From assembly GCA_002361365.1 (NCBI GenBank), contig DEST01000099.1, forward strand, positions 1-47,462: a stretch of DNA of 47,462 bases, given 5' to 3'. The translations under genes and the position numbers were made by a program. This document shows, in pieces, positions 1 to 8,568 of the stretch. This DNA comes from Alphaproteobacteria bacterium UBA3307 (GTDB taxonomy: Bacteria > Pseudomonadota > Alphaproteobacteria > RF32 > CAG-239). Under the pieces are notes generated by a model. It saw only the letters and a list, made by a program, of their open reading frames with translations, was not told the origin of the DNA and ran no database searches. Position 1 is the stretch's first letter. Every line of letters begins with the position of its first letter.

Positions 1-1053
1 TTGCTTTTCTTCTTCTATTTTTCTTTGTTGTTCTTCTTGTTGTTTTTTTCTATCTTCTAATGCCTTTGCTTTTTCTTCTTTTTGTTTTTCAACAAGGGCC
101 TGATAATTTCCCCAATTTACCAAAGAGCGTGTAATACTGATTGGTTTATTGTTGTTATCGTATGATATTTCAATGGTCTGTACCCACGGTTTGTTTATCC
201 AAAAATAACTCTCTGTATTTTCATCACACGAAAACGGCATTGATATCCGATTTTGTCTCATAATACTACTGACGGTTTGACATTTTTCCGACATTGAGGA
301 AAAATTTCTTTTTATGATATAATCTGGTTTGCCATAGTTATCTGCTAACTTTTTAAGAATAACATCAACAGGTATATCTGTCAGCGATTGAGGCCATTCA
401 AAATTATCATAAGGTATAACGGCTACCAGAGTATCATTGATGTATCCCAATCCGATTGCCTTATTGCAAGTTTCATATGTAGTTTCTCTTTTTTTCTGAC
501 AATCATCAAAATAATGTTGTCCCATCATTGCTATGCTACGAATACAACCTTCATCACCTCTTAATCCGCAATTTGTATATTTCTGCTGTTTTTGCTGATA
601 ACATTCTTGGTCCATATATGTAGAAGTACCTTCTTTAACTTCTAACCCTGATTGACATATATATTTTACTCTAAAAACAACATTTTGAAGACCTTCACTA
701 ACAAACATTTGTTTGTTTTTTAATATGATATTATCATTCATAATGGTATAAATAGATGTATCTGTTGGTATTTCCCGCTCTTCAAACTTTTTATTTTCAA
801 TATCATCAAGAGATGCTCCGTTAATATCCTTAAATGATTTTTTTTCTAAATTTTCAAATTCTTTTTTAGTAATTTCTTGACCCCAAACCATTTTTAGATA
901 GGTATTTTCTATCTTCTTGACGGCTACATTGGTTTCTTCATCTTCTATTTGCTTTTTTGTTTCCCAATAATCATACGCATTGGCATTATGTATATAACTA
1001 AATAAACAAGGAATGACGGTGCTGTATATAAACAGTTTATATTTAACAGTCAT
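1..1053 (-). CDS. Secreted hypothetical protein (partial, runs off the left edge)
   Basis: Not in the ORF track because no stop is in the window. ATG at 1053 with GGAG upstream. Begins MTVKYKLFIYSTVIPCLFSYIHNANA-YDYW (signal-peptide-like); the same frame at the edge reads LEDRKKQQEEQQRKIEEEKQ. Confidence 0.75.
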   Translation of the reverse strand, partial: MTVKYKLFIYSTVIPCLFSYIHNANAYDYWETKKQIEDEETNVAVKKIENTYLKMVWGQEITKKEFENLEKKSFKDINGASLDDIENKKFEEREIPTDTSIYTIMNDNIILKNKQMFVSEGLQNVVFRVKYICQSGLEVKEGTSTYMDQECYQQKQQKYTNCGLRGDEGCIRSIAMMGQHYFDDCQKKRETTYETCNKAIGLGYINDTLVAVIPYDNFEWPQSLTDIPVDVILKKLADNYGKPDYIIKRNFSSMSEKCQTVSSIMRQNRISMPFSCDENTESYFWINKPWVQTIEISYDNNNKPISITRSLVNWGNYQALVEKQKEEKAKALEDRKKQQEEQQRKIEEEKQ

Positions 1054-1104
1054 AATTCTATTTCTCCAAAAATATTAAGATTTTGATTCGTTCAACCCAT
1101 AACA

Positions 1105-1284
1105 TAAACGAACATTTATGTTCCTCTGTTGAAAACAGAAAAAGCAATACCACCGCTATTTCATACCTAAACTCGTTGAATCATAGTATTTTCAATATAT
1201 ACAGCAGATTTTAATTCTCAAAATATCAATCTCAAAATACCTGTGAGAATCTGTAAAAACTGGGTTGATTTAATCGTTCGTTTA
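1105..1284. repeat. Inverted repeat pair TAAACGAACATTTA / TAATCGTTCGTTTA (candidate recombinase sites)
   Basis: 1105-1118 and 1271-1284 are inverted copies with 12/14 identity and a 9-bp perfect core. A second IR, AAAAACTGGG/CCCAGTTTTT, lies at 1255-1264/1291-1300. Confidence 0.45.
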
Positions 1285-1357
1285 ATATGCCCCAGTTTTT
1301 GAATTATAACTCATTGAAATTTTTGATAAATATTTAAAAACAGAAGGAACATTTAAA

Positions 1358-1954
1358 ATGATTTACGGATACATCAGAGTCAGCACTCCAAAACAATCTT
1401 ATGACGCTATGGAACGAGATATTTCAGAATATGCAAAAATAAATAATATGAAGATTGATGAATGGATTGAAGAAACAATATCTTCAAGAAAATCCCTCAA
1501 AAACAGAAAGTTAGGAGAATTATTGGATAAGTTAAAAGAAGGTGATATACTTATTGCCACAGAAATCTCACGATTAGGACGGTCATTGCTTGAAGTTATG
1601 GGGATTCTTCAAACCTGCTTAAATAAAAATTGTCAGGTAATAACTATAAAAGAAAATTATCATTTAGGCAATGATATACAATCCCAAGTATTAGCCTTTG
1701 CTTTTGGGCTTTCAGCCCAGATTGAAAGAAATCTAATCAGCCAACGCACAAAATCATCATTAGATAATTTAAAAGCCAATGGAAAAAGGCTTGGTCGTCC
1801 ATATGGAGCAGAAGCCAAAAGGTTAAAATTATCAAAAAACGCTAAAAGAATCAGAAAATTGTTAGATAAAGGAATATCAAAAAATCAGATTGCCCGTATT
1901 ATGGGCTGTCAAAAAATGACATTAAGACGATTTTTACGCCGTATGGGCTGGTAA
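1358..1954 (+). CDS. Serine recombinase (resolvase/invertase), Mpi-like
   Basis: YGYIRVST with the catalytic Ser, SRLGRS, and the segment LGNDIQSQVLAFAFGLSAQIERNLISQRTK typical of Mpi-family invertases; C-terminal HTH. Confidence 0.9.
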   Translation: MIYGYIRVSTPKQSYDAMERDISEYAKINNMKIDEWIEETISSRKSLKNRKLGELLDKLKEGDILIATEISRLGRSLLEVMGILQTCLNKNCQVITIKENYHLGNDIQSQVLAFAFGLSAQIERNLISQRTKSSLDNLKANGKRLGRPYGAEAKRLKLSKNAKRIRKLLDKGISKNQIARIMGCQKMTLRRFLRRMGW

Positions 1955-1958
1955 AAGT

Positions 1959-1985
1959 AAAGCCGTGAAACATACTCACGGCTTT
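1959..1985. terminator. Bidirectional intrinsic terminator between convergent recombinase genes
   Basis: AAAGCCGTGA-N7-TCACGGCTTT perfect hairpin. Confidence 0.8.
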
Positions 1986-1991
1986 TAATGA

Positions 1992-2549
1992 TTAGGATTT
2001 AAGATAACTATAAACTGTAGGTCTGGTGATTTTAAACTGCTTGGCTATTTGAGAGATTGCAACCCCTTGTTTATGTAGGTTGTTTAATTCCGACACCTGT
2101 TCATCAGAGAGTTTATTTTTACCACCTTTATATTTTCCTTTGCTTTTAGCGATGGCGATTCCTTCTCTTTGGCGTTCCAATATAATGGCTCTTTCAAGTT
2201 CAGCCACCGCTCCAAGCATCGTCATCATCATTTTTTGATAAGGGTCTTGTTTTTCATTACCTTTAAATGTCAAGTTCTCTTTATGAAAGACAATCGTAGC
2301 ACCTTTTGAAGTAATTTCTTCCACCAGATTGAGTAAATCACGGGTATTTCTCGCCAATCTATCCATAGAATGAACATTAACCACATCACCAGAACGGATA
2401 TTAGAAAGCATCGCTTGTAATTCAGGTCTATTTGTATCCTTACCACTTATTTTTTCTTCATAGACACGGTCGCAAGCAACATTTATTAACTGTCTATCTG
2501 TATTCTGGCCTATGGTTGAAACTCTAATATAATTAAAAATCATTGTCAT
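1992..2549 (-). CDS. Serine recombinase, resolvase family
   Basis: YIRVSTIGQN, EEKISG, RPEL, DRLARN, ERQREGI, C-terminal HTH; AGGAG RBS (start may be 2543). Confidence 0.93.
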   Translation of the reverse strand: MTMIFNYIRVSTIGQNTDRQLINVACDRVYEEKISGKDTNRPELQAMLSNIRSGDVVNVHSMDRLARNTRDLLNLVEEITSKGATIVFHKENLTFKGNEKQDPYQKMMMTMLGAVAELERAIILERQREGIAIAKSKGKYKGGKNKLSDEQVSELNNLHKQGVAISQIAKQFKITRPTVYSYLKS

Positions 2550-2560
2550 ATCTCCTGTAA

Positions 2561-2669
2561 TGTAAAATCTATATTTAAGATATTACTTTACAAGTGTAAA
2601 ATTGTCAAGTAAAATAATTTAGATTTTACACTTTTTTAGGTGTAAAATGTGGGTATGGCCTGATTTTAT
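2561..2669. promoter_or_regulatory. Putative res site with three dyad subsites
   Basis: TGTAAAAT half-sites in inverted pairs at 2561-2592, 2594-2631 (GTGTAAAAT...ATTTTACAC) and 2641-2669, directly upstream of the resolvase start. Confidence 0.65.
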
Positions 2670-2675
2670 GGTATA

Positions 2676-4526
2676 TTACTTATCAAAAACTTTGGATTTA
2701 TTTTTATCAGGTAGAAGTAAAGTATTCACCTTACGCTCAAATTTCGGATATGAAACGCTATAAACAATGTCTTTTATTTTTTCCAGCGTAGGGTGAATAT
2801 ATACCTTTGTCATACTTTCCGTAGCCCATCCCATTGTTTTTTCTATATCTATATAAGAAAGTCCTTTGTTCTTGTTATATATAGCAGAAGCAAAAGTGTG
2901 TCTGAAACAGTGAAACACTTGCTCTTCATCTAAGTCAGTTTTCTTTAAATTATCTCTTATCAATAAATTATTAAACCATTTTGAAACCTTACCACTATTT
3001 TTTCCATATTTAACAATATTTAAGGTGAAAAATAGGTTAGTTTCATCATATTCGTAATGGTATATTTTGGAACCTTCTTTTGTATTAACTTTTTTTGTTT
3101 TCTTTGAATGTATCTCGCACCATTCGTGTCTATGGGCTGACATTTTCTTAATTTGTTTCCAAAAATCTATGAAGCCATACTCAATAAGTTTCGGATGTAT
3201 AGGAACAATTCTTTTAGCATTTTTGGTTTTTAAGTCTTTAACCTGATTCCCTTTTTCATCCAATGTGGTTATTTTAAGACAATACTTACCAATATTCGTA
3301 TCCTTAAATACATCACTTATTTTAAGTTGAGATATTTCGCTCAATCTTGCTCCTGAATACAAAGCAATCAGAGGAATCCAAAATTTGGGACAGTCCGCAA
3401 AATTATATCTCTTCTTTAAATAATCTTTATTTGAAAAGATTTTGATAAGAACTTGTTCTGTAAATGGAATCCTTGGTTTTTCTTCTTTTTTTATTTCCTT
3501 TTTAGGCAAAAACTTCAATAAATGACATTCTTTCAATTTAAAATTATCAACCGCATAATTTATTATTTCGTTATAATGACTGATATACCCATTTAAAGCT
3601 CTTTCACCATAAAACTTTCCATCTGTTTTTTTCATCTCTAATAGTTGTTTGCGTAGATTTTTAGCATCTTCATCTGTGATTTGATGTAGATTAGACTTAC
3701 CTAATATTGAAAATATTTTATTTAATCGTGTATCCATTGTATCAAGAGTTTTAGGTTTTACGGTTTTTCTACCTGTTTCTTTGCTCTTTCTCAAATCTTT
3801 CCACACAACCTTCCAATCTAACTCAATCTCTGTTTGTGCTTTCACTAATTTACTATTTTTACGATTTCTAACAGTTTCTATCAAGTCGTTAATATATCCA
3901 TCTTGTTCTGTATAAGGTTGGTTATTGACAATGGAATCAAACATTTGTTGAGTATGATATTCAATTCTACGAAGCACACGATATAAATGGTCTCCCCATT
4001 GTTTATGTTCTTGATTTTCTTCATTTTTGGAAGTTATAGAAGCAAAATGAATCTCTCCTGTGTTTAATTTGTTAGCAATATCAGCAAATTGGCTATTGTG
4101 CTTGGCTTCATTCAATAGGTATTTAGCATACCGATTCTCTATTTTACTCCACGCAGTTTTTCTGTCATCATTATCAGCATCAATCCATTTGACTTTATCA
4201 TAGCCAAACTTCTGCAATTTGATACCCAATCTATTACGCGTATATAATGTATAAACTTCTTCCATACGAGCCAAAATAAAGGCTTGTAAGTCATTATCTG
4301 ATAAGTATAATTTGTCTTTCTCAATACGCATCTGTTCTATTCCCTCTATAAATCCGTCAAAGGCTGCTGACTCTATATTTAGTTGAATCAAAGCCTTATT
4401 AAAATCTCTTGTTCCAAGAGAATAGCGTATTATTCTTTTTCCTACAAGCGAAATTATTGATTTCGGGACAGCAAACCGAACATAATACATTCCATTGCGT
4501 AGGTATAATCTGTATGTTCTCTTCAT
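2676..4526 (-). CDS. Tyrosine recombinase/integrase with N-terminal DUF6538-like domain
   Basis: Catalytic R (YSGARLSEI), HxxR (FHCFRHTF), GW and Y (TKVYIH); N-terminus LYLRNGMYYVRFAVP. Start moved to ATG 4526 because the longer ORF overlaps the tRNA. Confidence 0.9.
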   Translation of the reverse strand: MKRTYRLYLRNGMYYVRFAVPKSIISLVGKRIIRYSLGTRDFNKALIQLNIESAAFDGFIEGIEQMRIEKDKLYLSDNDLQAFILARMEEVYTLYTRNRLGIKLQKFGYDKVKWIDADNDDRKTAWSKIENRYAKYLLNEAKHNSQFADIANKLNTGEIHFASITSKNEENQEHKQWGDHLYRVLRRIEYHTQQMFDSIVNNQPYTEQDGYINDLIETVRNRKNSKLVKAQTEIELDWKVVWKDLRKSKETGRKTVKPKTLDTMDTRLNKIFSILGKSNLHQITDEDAKNLRKQLLEMKKTDGKFYGERALNGYISHYNEIINYAVDNFKLKECHLLKFLPKKEIKKEEKPRIPFTEQVLIKIFSNKDYLKKRYNFADCPKFWIPLIALYSGARLSEISQLKISDVFKDTNIGKYCLKITTLDEKGNQVKDLKTKNAKRIVPIHPKLIEYGFIDFWKQIKKMSAHRHEWCEIHSKKTKKVNTKEGSKIYHYEYDETNLFFTLNIVKYGKNSGKVSKWFNNLLIRDNLKKTDLDEEQVFHCFRHTFASAIYNKNKGLSYIDIEKTMGWATESMTKVYIHPTLEKIKDIVYSVSYPKFERKVNTLLLPDKNKSKVFDK

Positions 4527-4581
4527 CAAAAATGTCTCACTAAAGTAGCACAGTTTTGAGAACACGATATTTAAAAAAATG

Positions 4582-4609
4582 AAAAAAGCCCTTGAAAAAT
4601 CAGGGCTTT
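4582..4609 (-). terminator. Intrinsic terminator downstream of tRNA-Gln
   Basis: AAAGCCCT-N9-AGGGCTTT followed by a T run on the minus strand. Confidence 0.65.
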
Positions 4610-4618
4610 GAAGTGTTT

Positions 4619-4692
4619 TGGCTGCTTCACCTGGACTCGAACCAAGATTGACGGAGTCAGAATCCGCTGTCCTACCATTAGACGATGAAGCA
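4619..4692 (-). tRNA. tRNA-Gln (anticodon CTG)
   Basis: TGCTTCATCGTCTAATGGTAGGACAGCGGATTCTGACTCCGTCAATCTTGGTTCGAGTCCAGGTGAAGCAGCCA: acceptor stem, D arm, anticodon loop TT-CTG-AC, GTTCGA T loop, encoded CCA. Confidence 0.97.
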
Positions 4693-4910
4693 ATCTTACA
4701 ATTCTCTGCGTTATATACGGCAAAATTTTGCACTTGTCAAATATTTTATGCTTCATTTCGCGTCTTTTTTATATTTTATGACGCAAAATATAATTATACA
4801 TACCAAAAGCGGATAATTTTTTACTTATACATACCAAAATTTTGTAATTTTTATTTACTTGTATGATTTTTTTAGGCATAATTTAAATATACCAGAAAAA
4901 GGAGAAAAAA

Positions 4911-5243
4911 ATGAAAAAAATTTATGCAATTTTGTTATGTTTAGGTCTAAGTGGCTGTTATGTTGTTGATGATGGTTTGTATTATGATACGGCGTATAGT
5001 GTGCCGGCTGCTTCAACTTATAGCTATTCTACCGCAACCTATGGGTATCCTGCAACAACGGTGGTTTATGAACAGCCGATAGTAACCTATTATGGCGGAC
5101 ACCATCGTTCGTATCGGCCACGTCCGCATTATAGCCATTTTCGGCATCATCCGCAACAGCATCATCATGCAGCGCCGATACATCACGCAACAAAAAAACA
5201 TTCACATGACCGTCATCACGGCAGTCATAATATGCGGCATTAA
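4911..5243 (+). CDS. Small lipoprotein with Tyr-rich middle and His-rich C-terminus
   Basis: AGGAG RBS, signal peptide with LSGC lipobox, tail HFRHHPQQHHHAAPIHH...HDRHHGSH. Confidence 0.8.
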   Translation: MKKIYAILLCLGLSGCYVVDDGLYYDTAYSVPAASTYSYSTATYGYPATTVVYEQPIVTYYGGHHRSYRPRPHYSHFRHHPQQHHHAAPIHHATKKHSHDRHHGSHNMRH

Positions 5244-5328
5244 AAAAATATCATAATTTGTCTAAAAAGTGTTTGACAAAAAGAAAATAATAAGGTAAGG
5301 TTATAATATCTTATCTTATTTTTTATAT

Positions 5329-6024
5329 ATGGAAAAAATGTCTTTCAACCGTTGCACACTGCCTGTTGGCAAAAGTTGTGCAATTCCCTCGCTAAGAGAG
5401 GCTGTTAAAGCCTTTACGAGGGTTGGAAAAATGGGCTTTGTGTCACTAGAACGGGTGACACTACCGAGTAACAAACTGCAAGTTGTCTGGACCAGTAGGC
5501 ACAATGGGAGGGTTATTGCGACACTTCCTGTGTTTGTAGGTGAGACTACAGCATCTGAGATGAACTGCATGCCAACACATCCGGTTAAAGCCGGTGAGTT
5601 GCTGCGCTGTGGGGAATATTTCTATCGAATTTGCCTTAATAAGGCCAAAGAGATGGAGATTCGCATGCTGACGATTCTTCCTGATGAAGATACGGTGCGC
5701 AATGCCTGTGAACTTCTGGAACTCAATGTCGTCACGGTGGAGCTTATCCAGATGTATAGCACGACAGGGAAGTATCTTTCAGGCGCTTGGCTTATCAAGA
5801 CCTTGGGAGCAGAAAAACCCTACACGCTGATGTATGTAGATTTTCGCGACAGGCTGAAACTGGGAGAGATTGATTTTGACAATGTTGTCTATTTTGGTGT
5901 TACGCCGAAAAAACGCTTTTCCGCAAACGGAATCTGGTATGAACTTCAAAAAGACGAAGTTGACAGACTGTACCTTGCCATGAGCCCTATGCAGGCGTGG
6001 AGACAAATCAGAAAACAGGCATAG
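5329..6024 (+). CDS. Hypothetical protein
   Basis: 231-aa ORF with its own TTGACA promoter upstream and terminator downstream; no family recognised. Confidence 0.7.
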   Translation: MEKMSFNRCTLPVGKSCAIPSLREAVKAFTRVGKMGFVSLERVTLPSNKLQVVWTSRHNGRVIATLPVFVGETTASEMNCMPTHPVKAGELLRCGEYFYRICLNKAKEMEIRMLTILPDEDTVRNACELLELNVVTVELIQMYSTTGKYLSGAWLIKTLGAEKPYTLMYVDFRDRLKLGEIDFDNVVYFGVTPKKRFSANGIWYELQKDEVDRLYLAMSPMQAWRQIRKQA

Positions 6025-6033
6025 CTTGCACTC

Positions 6034-6073
6034 AAAAATGAACGAGAGCTAATTATGGCTATCGTTCATTTTT
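6034..6073 (+). terminator. Intrinsic terminator
   Basis: AAAAATGAACGA...TCGTTCATTTTT inverted repeat. Confidence 0.75.
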
Positions 6074-6076
6074 TAT

Positions 6077-6104
6077 TTGACAAAATGTAAAAATGCGCTA
6101 CAAT
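6077..6104 (+). promoter_or_regulatory. Sigma70-type promoter
   Basis: TTGACA-N16-TACAAT upstream of ORF 6150. Confidence 0.6.
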
Positions 6105-6149
6105 GCAATATACAAATATATTAAACAGATATAATTAAAATATTACATT

Positions 6150-6929
6150 ATGGCAAAACTGAATTTATTTAACTCCTCTTGTCAGGCAGATGATATGTGT
6201 ATTGTTTATTGCAAAGCGCATGCTGATATGTGTCTGAACAGTGATAATGCTGTCTTGGTGCGTCTTAAAACCGAAAGTGGCAGAGAACATATTGTCTGGA
6301 TGGATGCCAACTTGGCTGAACAGGGCGTTTATCATTATCAACGAGCGTTTTATGAACTTCAAGAATGGCAAGAAGATGATTTGAGTAAGGTTGCAACCAG
6401 AATTTTGATTCGGCCGGATTATGATGTTTTTTGCTATAATCGCAATGTGTATTTTTTGTATACGATGCAAAGCAAGAATTTACAAATTCGTCGATTGCAA
6501 GCTTATCCTACTCAGCGCATCGTTGAAGATATTGAACGTCAGCTTTATAAAAATAAAGCTCCTGATGAGATTTTTCTAGCCAACTTCTACACTTTTGACA
6601 GAAATGGCAAAAATTATGAGCTGACGTGTTGGGGCTTATCATACAAAGAAGGAACAAATTATGTTCCGGTATTTGATGAAGACCGCCATTATTTGGAGGA
6701 ATTTGACATTTTGCATTTTTCGCGTGACGAGTTGCCAGTAGGAGCTATATTTAAAAACAATGGTTACTACTACAAAGTGTTACAAAACGCAGATGGCAAA
6801 CTCGAACTTGAACAGGCAAAATCGGCGTTTTTGTTTAATAAAAATGCTGAATGTATGGTTCAACCATTGAAACCGCAGGCAAAGATTATTTCGTTTGACT
6901 TTAAAAACACAAAACAAAACGGAGGATAA
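6150..6929 (+). CDS. Hypothetical protein, probable distant paralog of 5329..6024
   Basis: 259-aa ORF; colinear similarity by eye (IRRLQAYP vs IRMLTILP; FKNNGYYY vs FSANGIWY). Confidence 0.7.
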   Translation: MAKLNLFNSSCQADDMCIVYCKAHADMCLNSDNAVLVRLKTESGREHIVWMDANLAEQGVYHYQRAFYELQEWQEDDLSKVATRILIRPDYDVFCYNRNVYFLYTMQSKNLQIRRLQAYPTQRIVEDIERQLYKNKAPDEIFLANFYTFDRNGKNYELTCWGLSYKEGTNYVPVFDEDRHYLEEFDILHFSRDELPVGAIFKNNGYYYKVLQNADGKLELEQAKSAFLFNKNAECMVQPLKPQAKIISFDFKNTKQNGG

Positions 6930-6949
6930 TTCCTCCGCTTTGTTTTTTT
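6911..6949. terminator. Bidirectional intrinsic terminator
   Basis: CGGAGGA-TAAT-TCCTCCG flanked by A and T tracts between convergent genes. Confidence 0.75.
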
Positions 6950-6962
6950 GAGCTATGCTGAT

Positions 6963-7709
6963 TTATAAACCGCACAAAATCGCAATTCCGCAAGCCATAA
7001 TAGTAGCACCGGCAAGCTCGTGTGCATATGCTTCAAGTTTTTTGAACCGCAGAGCTTCCAAACCTAAATAGCCGCAGGTTACTGCTACTAACATTGTTGC
7101 TATGGTGGCAATCGAAAAAATTATGGTAGAACTGACAACAGCAGAAATTCCCATAACACTCGATGCCGTCAAAATCGGCAATAATGCTTCACACGGACCT
7201 AAAACAAAAATAATAAACATCACCCAAACGGTTATGTTTTTGTCTTGCAAGTCTTTACCTCCATGCTCCAAAAGACCGTGATGATGTGCTTTGCCCGTGT
7301 GATGCAGCCATCTGTGGCGCAGTGCCCATAACAAATACGCACCGCCCAAACCAATCAGTGCATAAGCCGATACATCGGAGCGATTGTCTTCAATCCATGC
7401 AAATTGACTGTCCGTGAGCCAATGCGACAAATAAACAAAGCCGAGCGCAATTATGAGCGCGCTGCCGATGTGTCCAAGTCCGCAGATAAAAGTCCAGAAC
7501 AGGGTTTTTTTCAGTGAAAAATCTCGGCTTTTTGCAATGGCAATAAACGGCAGATAATGGTCAGGACCGGTAATTGTATGGATAACGGCAGTCAAAAATG
7601 CCGCCCACCACAACGCCGTTAATGTAATCTGTGCAGTGGAATTTTCCGCTGCCCACGCCGAAGATGCTGCAACCAACATCATAATAGTTAAAACAGTAAT
7701 TTTTTTCAT
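6963..7709 (-). CDS. Nickel/cobalt transporter-like membrane protein (NicO/UreH-type)
   Basis: Multiple TM helices, HTITGPDHYLPF, GHIGS, His-rich loop and GPCEALLP; GGAG RBS supports the start at 7709. Confidence 0.75.
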   Translation of the reverse strand: MKKITVLTIMMLVAASSAWAAENSTAQITLTALWWAAFLTAVIHTITGPDHYLPFIAIAKSRDFSLKKTLFWTFICGLGHIGSALIIALGFVYLSHWLTDSQFAWIEDNRSDVSAYALIGLGGAYLLWALRHRWLHHTGKAHHHGLLEHGGKDLQDKNITVWVMFIIFVLGPCEALLPILTASSVMGISAVVSSTIIFSIATIATMLVAVTCGYLGLEALRFKKLEAYAHELAGATIMACGIAILCGL

Positions 7710-7749
7710 AAAGTTTTCTCCTTTATTTTTGTTACACATAATAATTTTT

Positions 7750-8568
7750 CTAATTCTTCTTTTTCAAAACCGTTTCATTCATCGAACCGGAGCGAAAGCC
7801 TTGCAAATCAAGCGTGATATAGCTAAAACCTAAATCTTTGAACTTAGCGTATATTTTATCTCGATTGTTCATAACCTTAGCTAAATCTTCCGGTAAAACT
7901 TCAATCCGCGCCAAAAGTCCGTGAATGCGTACCCGCAGTTGTTTAAACCCCAAATCGAATAAAAATTGTTCGGCTTTTTCTACCATTTTCAGCTTTTCTG
8001 CGGTAATGTTTTCGCCATAAACAAAGCGCGAAGCCAAGCAGGCAAATGACGGCTTATTCCACGTTTTAAGCCCTGTTTGTGCGGATAAATTCCGAATGTC
8101 TTGCTTAGTCATTTTGGCATAGCGAAGCGGACTTTTTATGCCGAGTTCCGCAATAGCCTTCATTCCGGGGCGATAATCGCTCATATCGTCAATATTAGAC
8201 CCTTCGCAAACGTATTTAATGCTGTTTTCGGCGGCAATTTTTTTTATTTCGCCGAATAATGCGTATTTGCAGAGATAGCAGCGATTTTTCGGGTTTTGCG
8301 CTACACCGTCGATTTTTAATACATCAACCGGCAAAATAACTTGTTTTATTTTTCGCTGCGCACAAAAATCTGCCGCCTCCGCTTTCTCACGCTCGGGAAT
8401 AAAATCAGAAACCACTGTTACGGCCAAAACCTTGTCTTGCGGCAAAACAGAGGCAGCAACAGCCAGCATAAACGTAGAATCGACACCGCCGGAAAAAGCT
8501 ACGGCAACCGAGCCGAGTTCTTTGAAATAACTCTTTAATTTTTCAAGTTTTTTCTGCAAATCGTTCAT
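7750..8568 (-). CDS. larE: NPN cofactor ATP-dependent sulfur transferase LarE
   Basis: PP-loop AFSGGVDS, RCYLCK, DYRPG, SFACLASRF, LRVRIH, GFRSGSMN. Confidence 0.95.
   Translation of the reverse strand: MNDLQKKLEKLKSYFKELGSVAVAFSGGVDSTFMLAVAASVLPQDKVLAVTVVSDFIPEREKAEAADFCAQRKIKQVILPVDVLKIDGVAQNPKNRCYLCKYALFGEIKKIAAENSIKYVCEGSNIDDMSDYRPGMKAIAELGIKSPLRYAKMTKQDIRNLSAQTGLKTWNKPSFACLASRFVYGENITAEKLKMVEKAEQFLFDLGFKQLRVRIHGLLARIEVLPEDLAKVMNNRDKIYAKFKDLGFSYITLDLQGFRSGSMNETVLKKKN

Larger units (their letters stand above)
1..4618. mobile_element. Right end of a genomic island/integrative element inserted at the 3' end of tRNA-Gln; continues beyond the left window edge
   Basis: Tyrosine integrase directly downstream of a tRNA 3' end, two serine recombinases, and visibly more AT-rich sequence than the downstream housekeeping region. 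The second att copy is not in the window. Confidence 0.8.

Noticed and set aside
1110-1123. LexA/SOS box GAAC-N6-GTTC
   Set aside because: The spacing fits neither the Firmicute GAAC-N4-GTTC nor the alphaproteobacterial GTTC-N7-GTTC box.
4527-4733. N-terminal extension of the integrase ORF, and ORFs 4571..4756 and 4618..4866
   Set aside because: They overlap tRNA-Gln and its terminator; the recognisable integrase domain starts at Met 4526.
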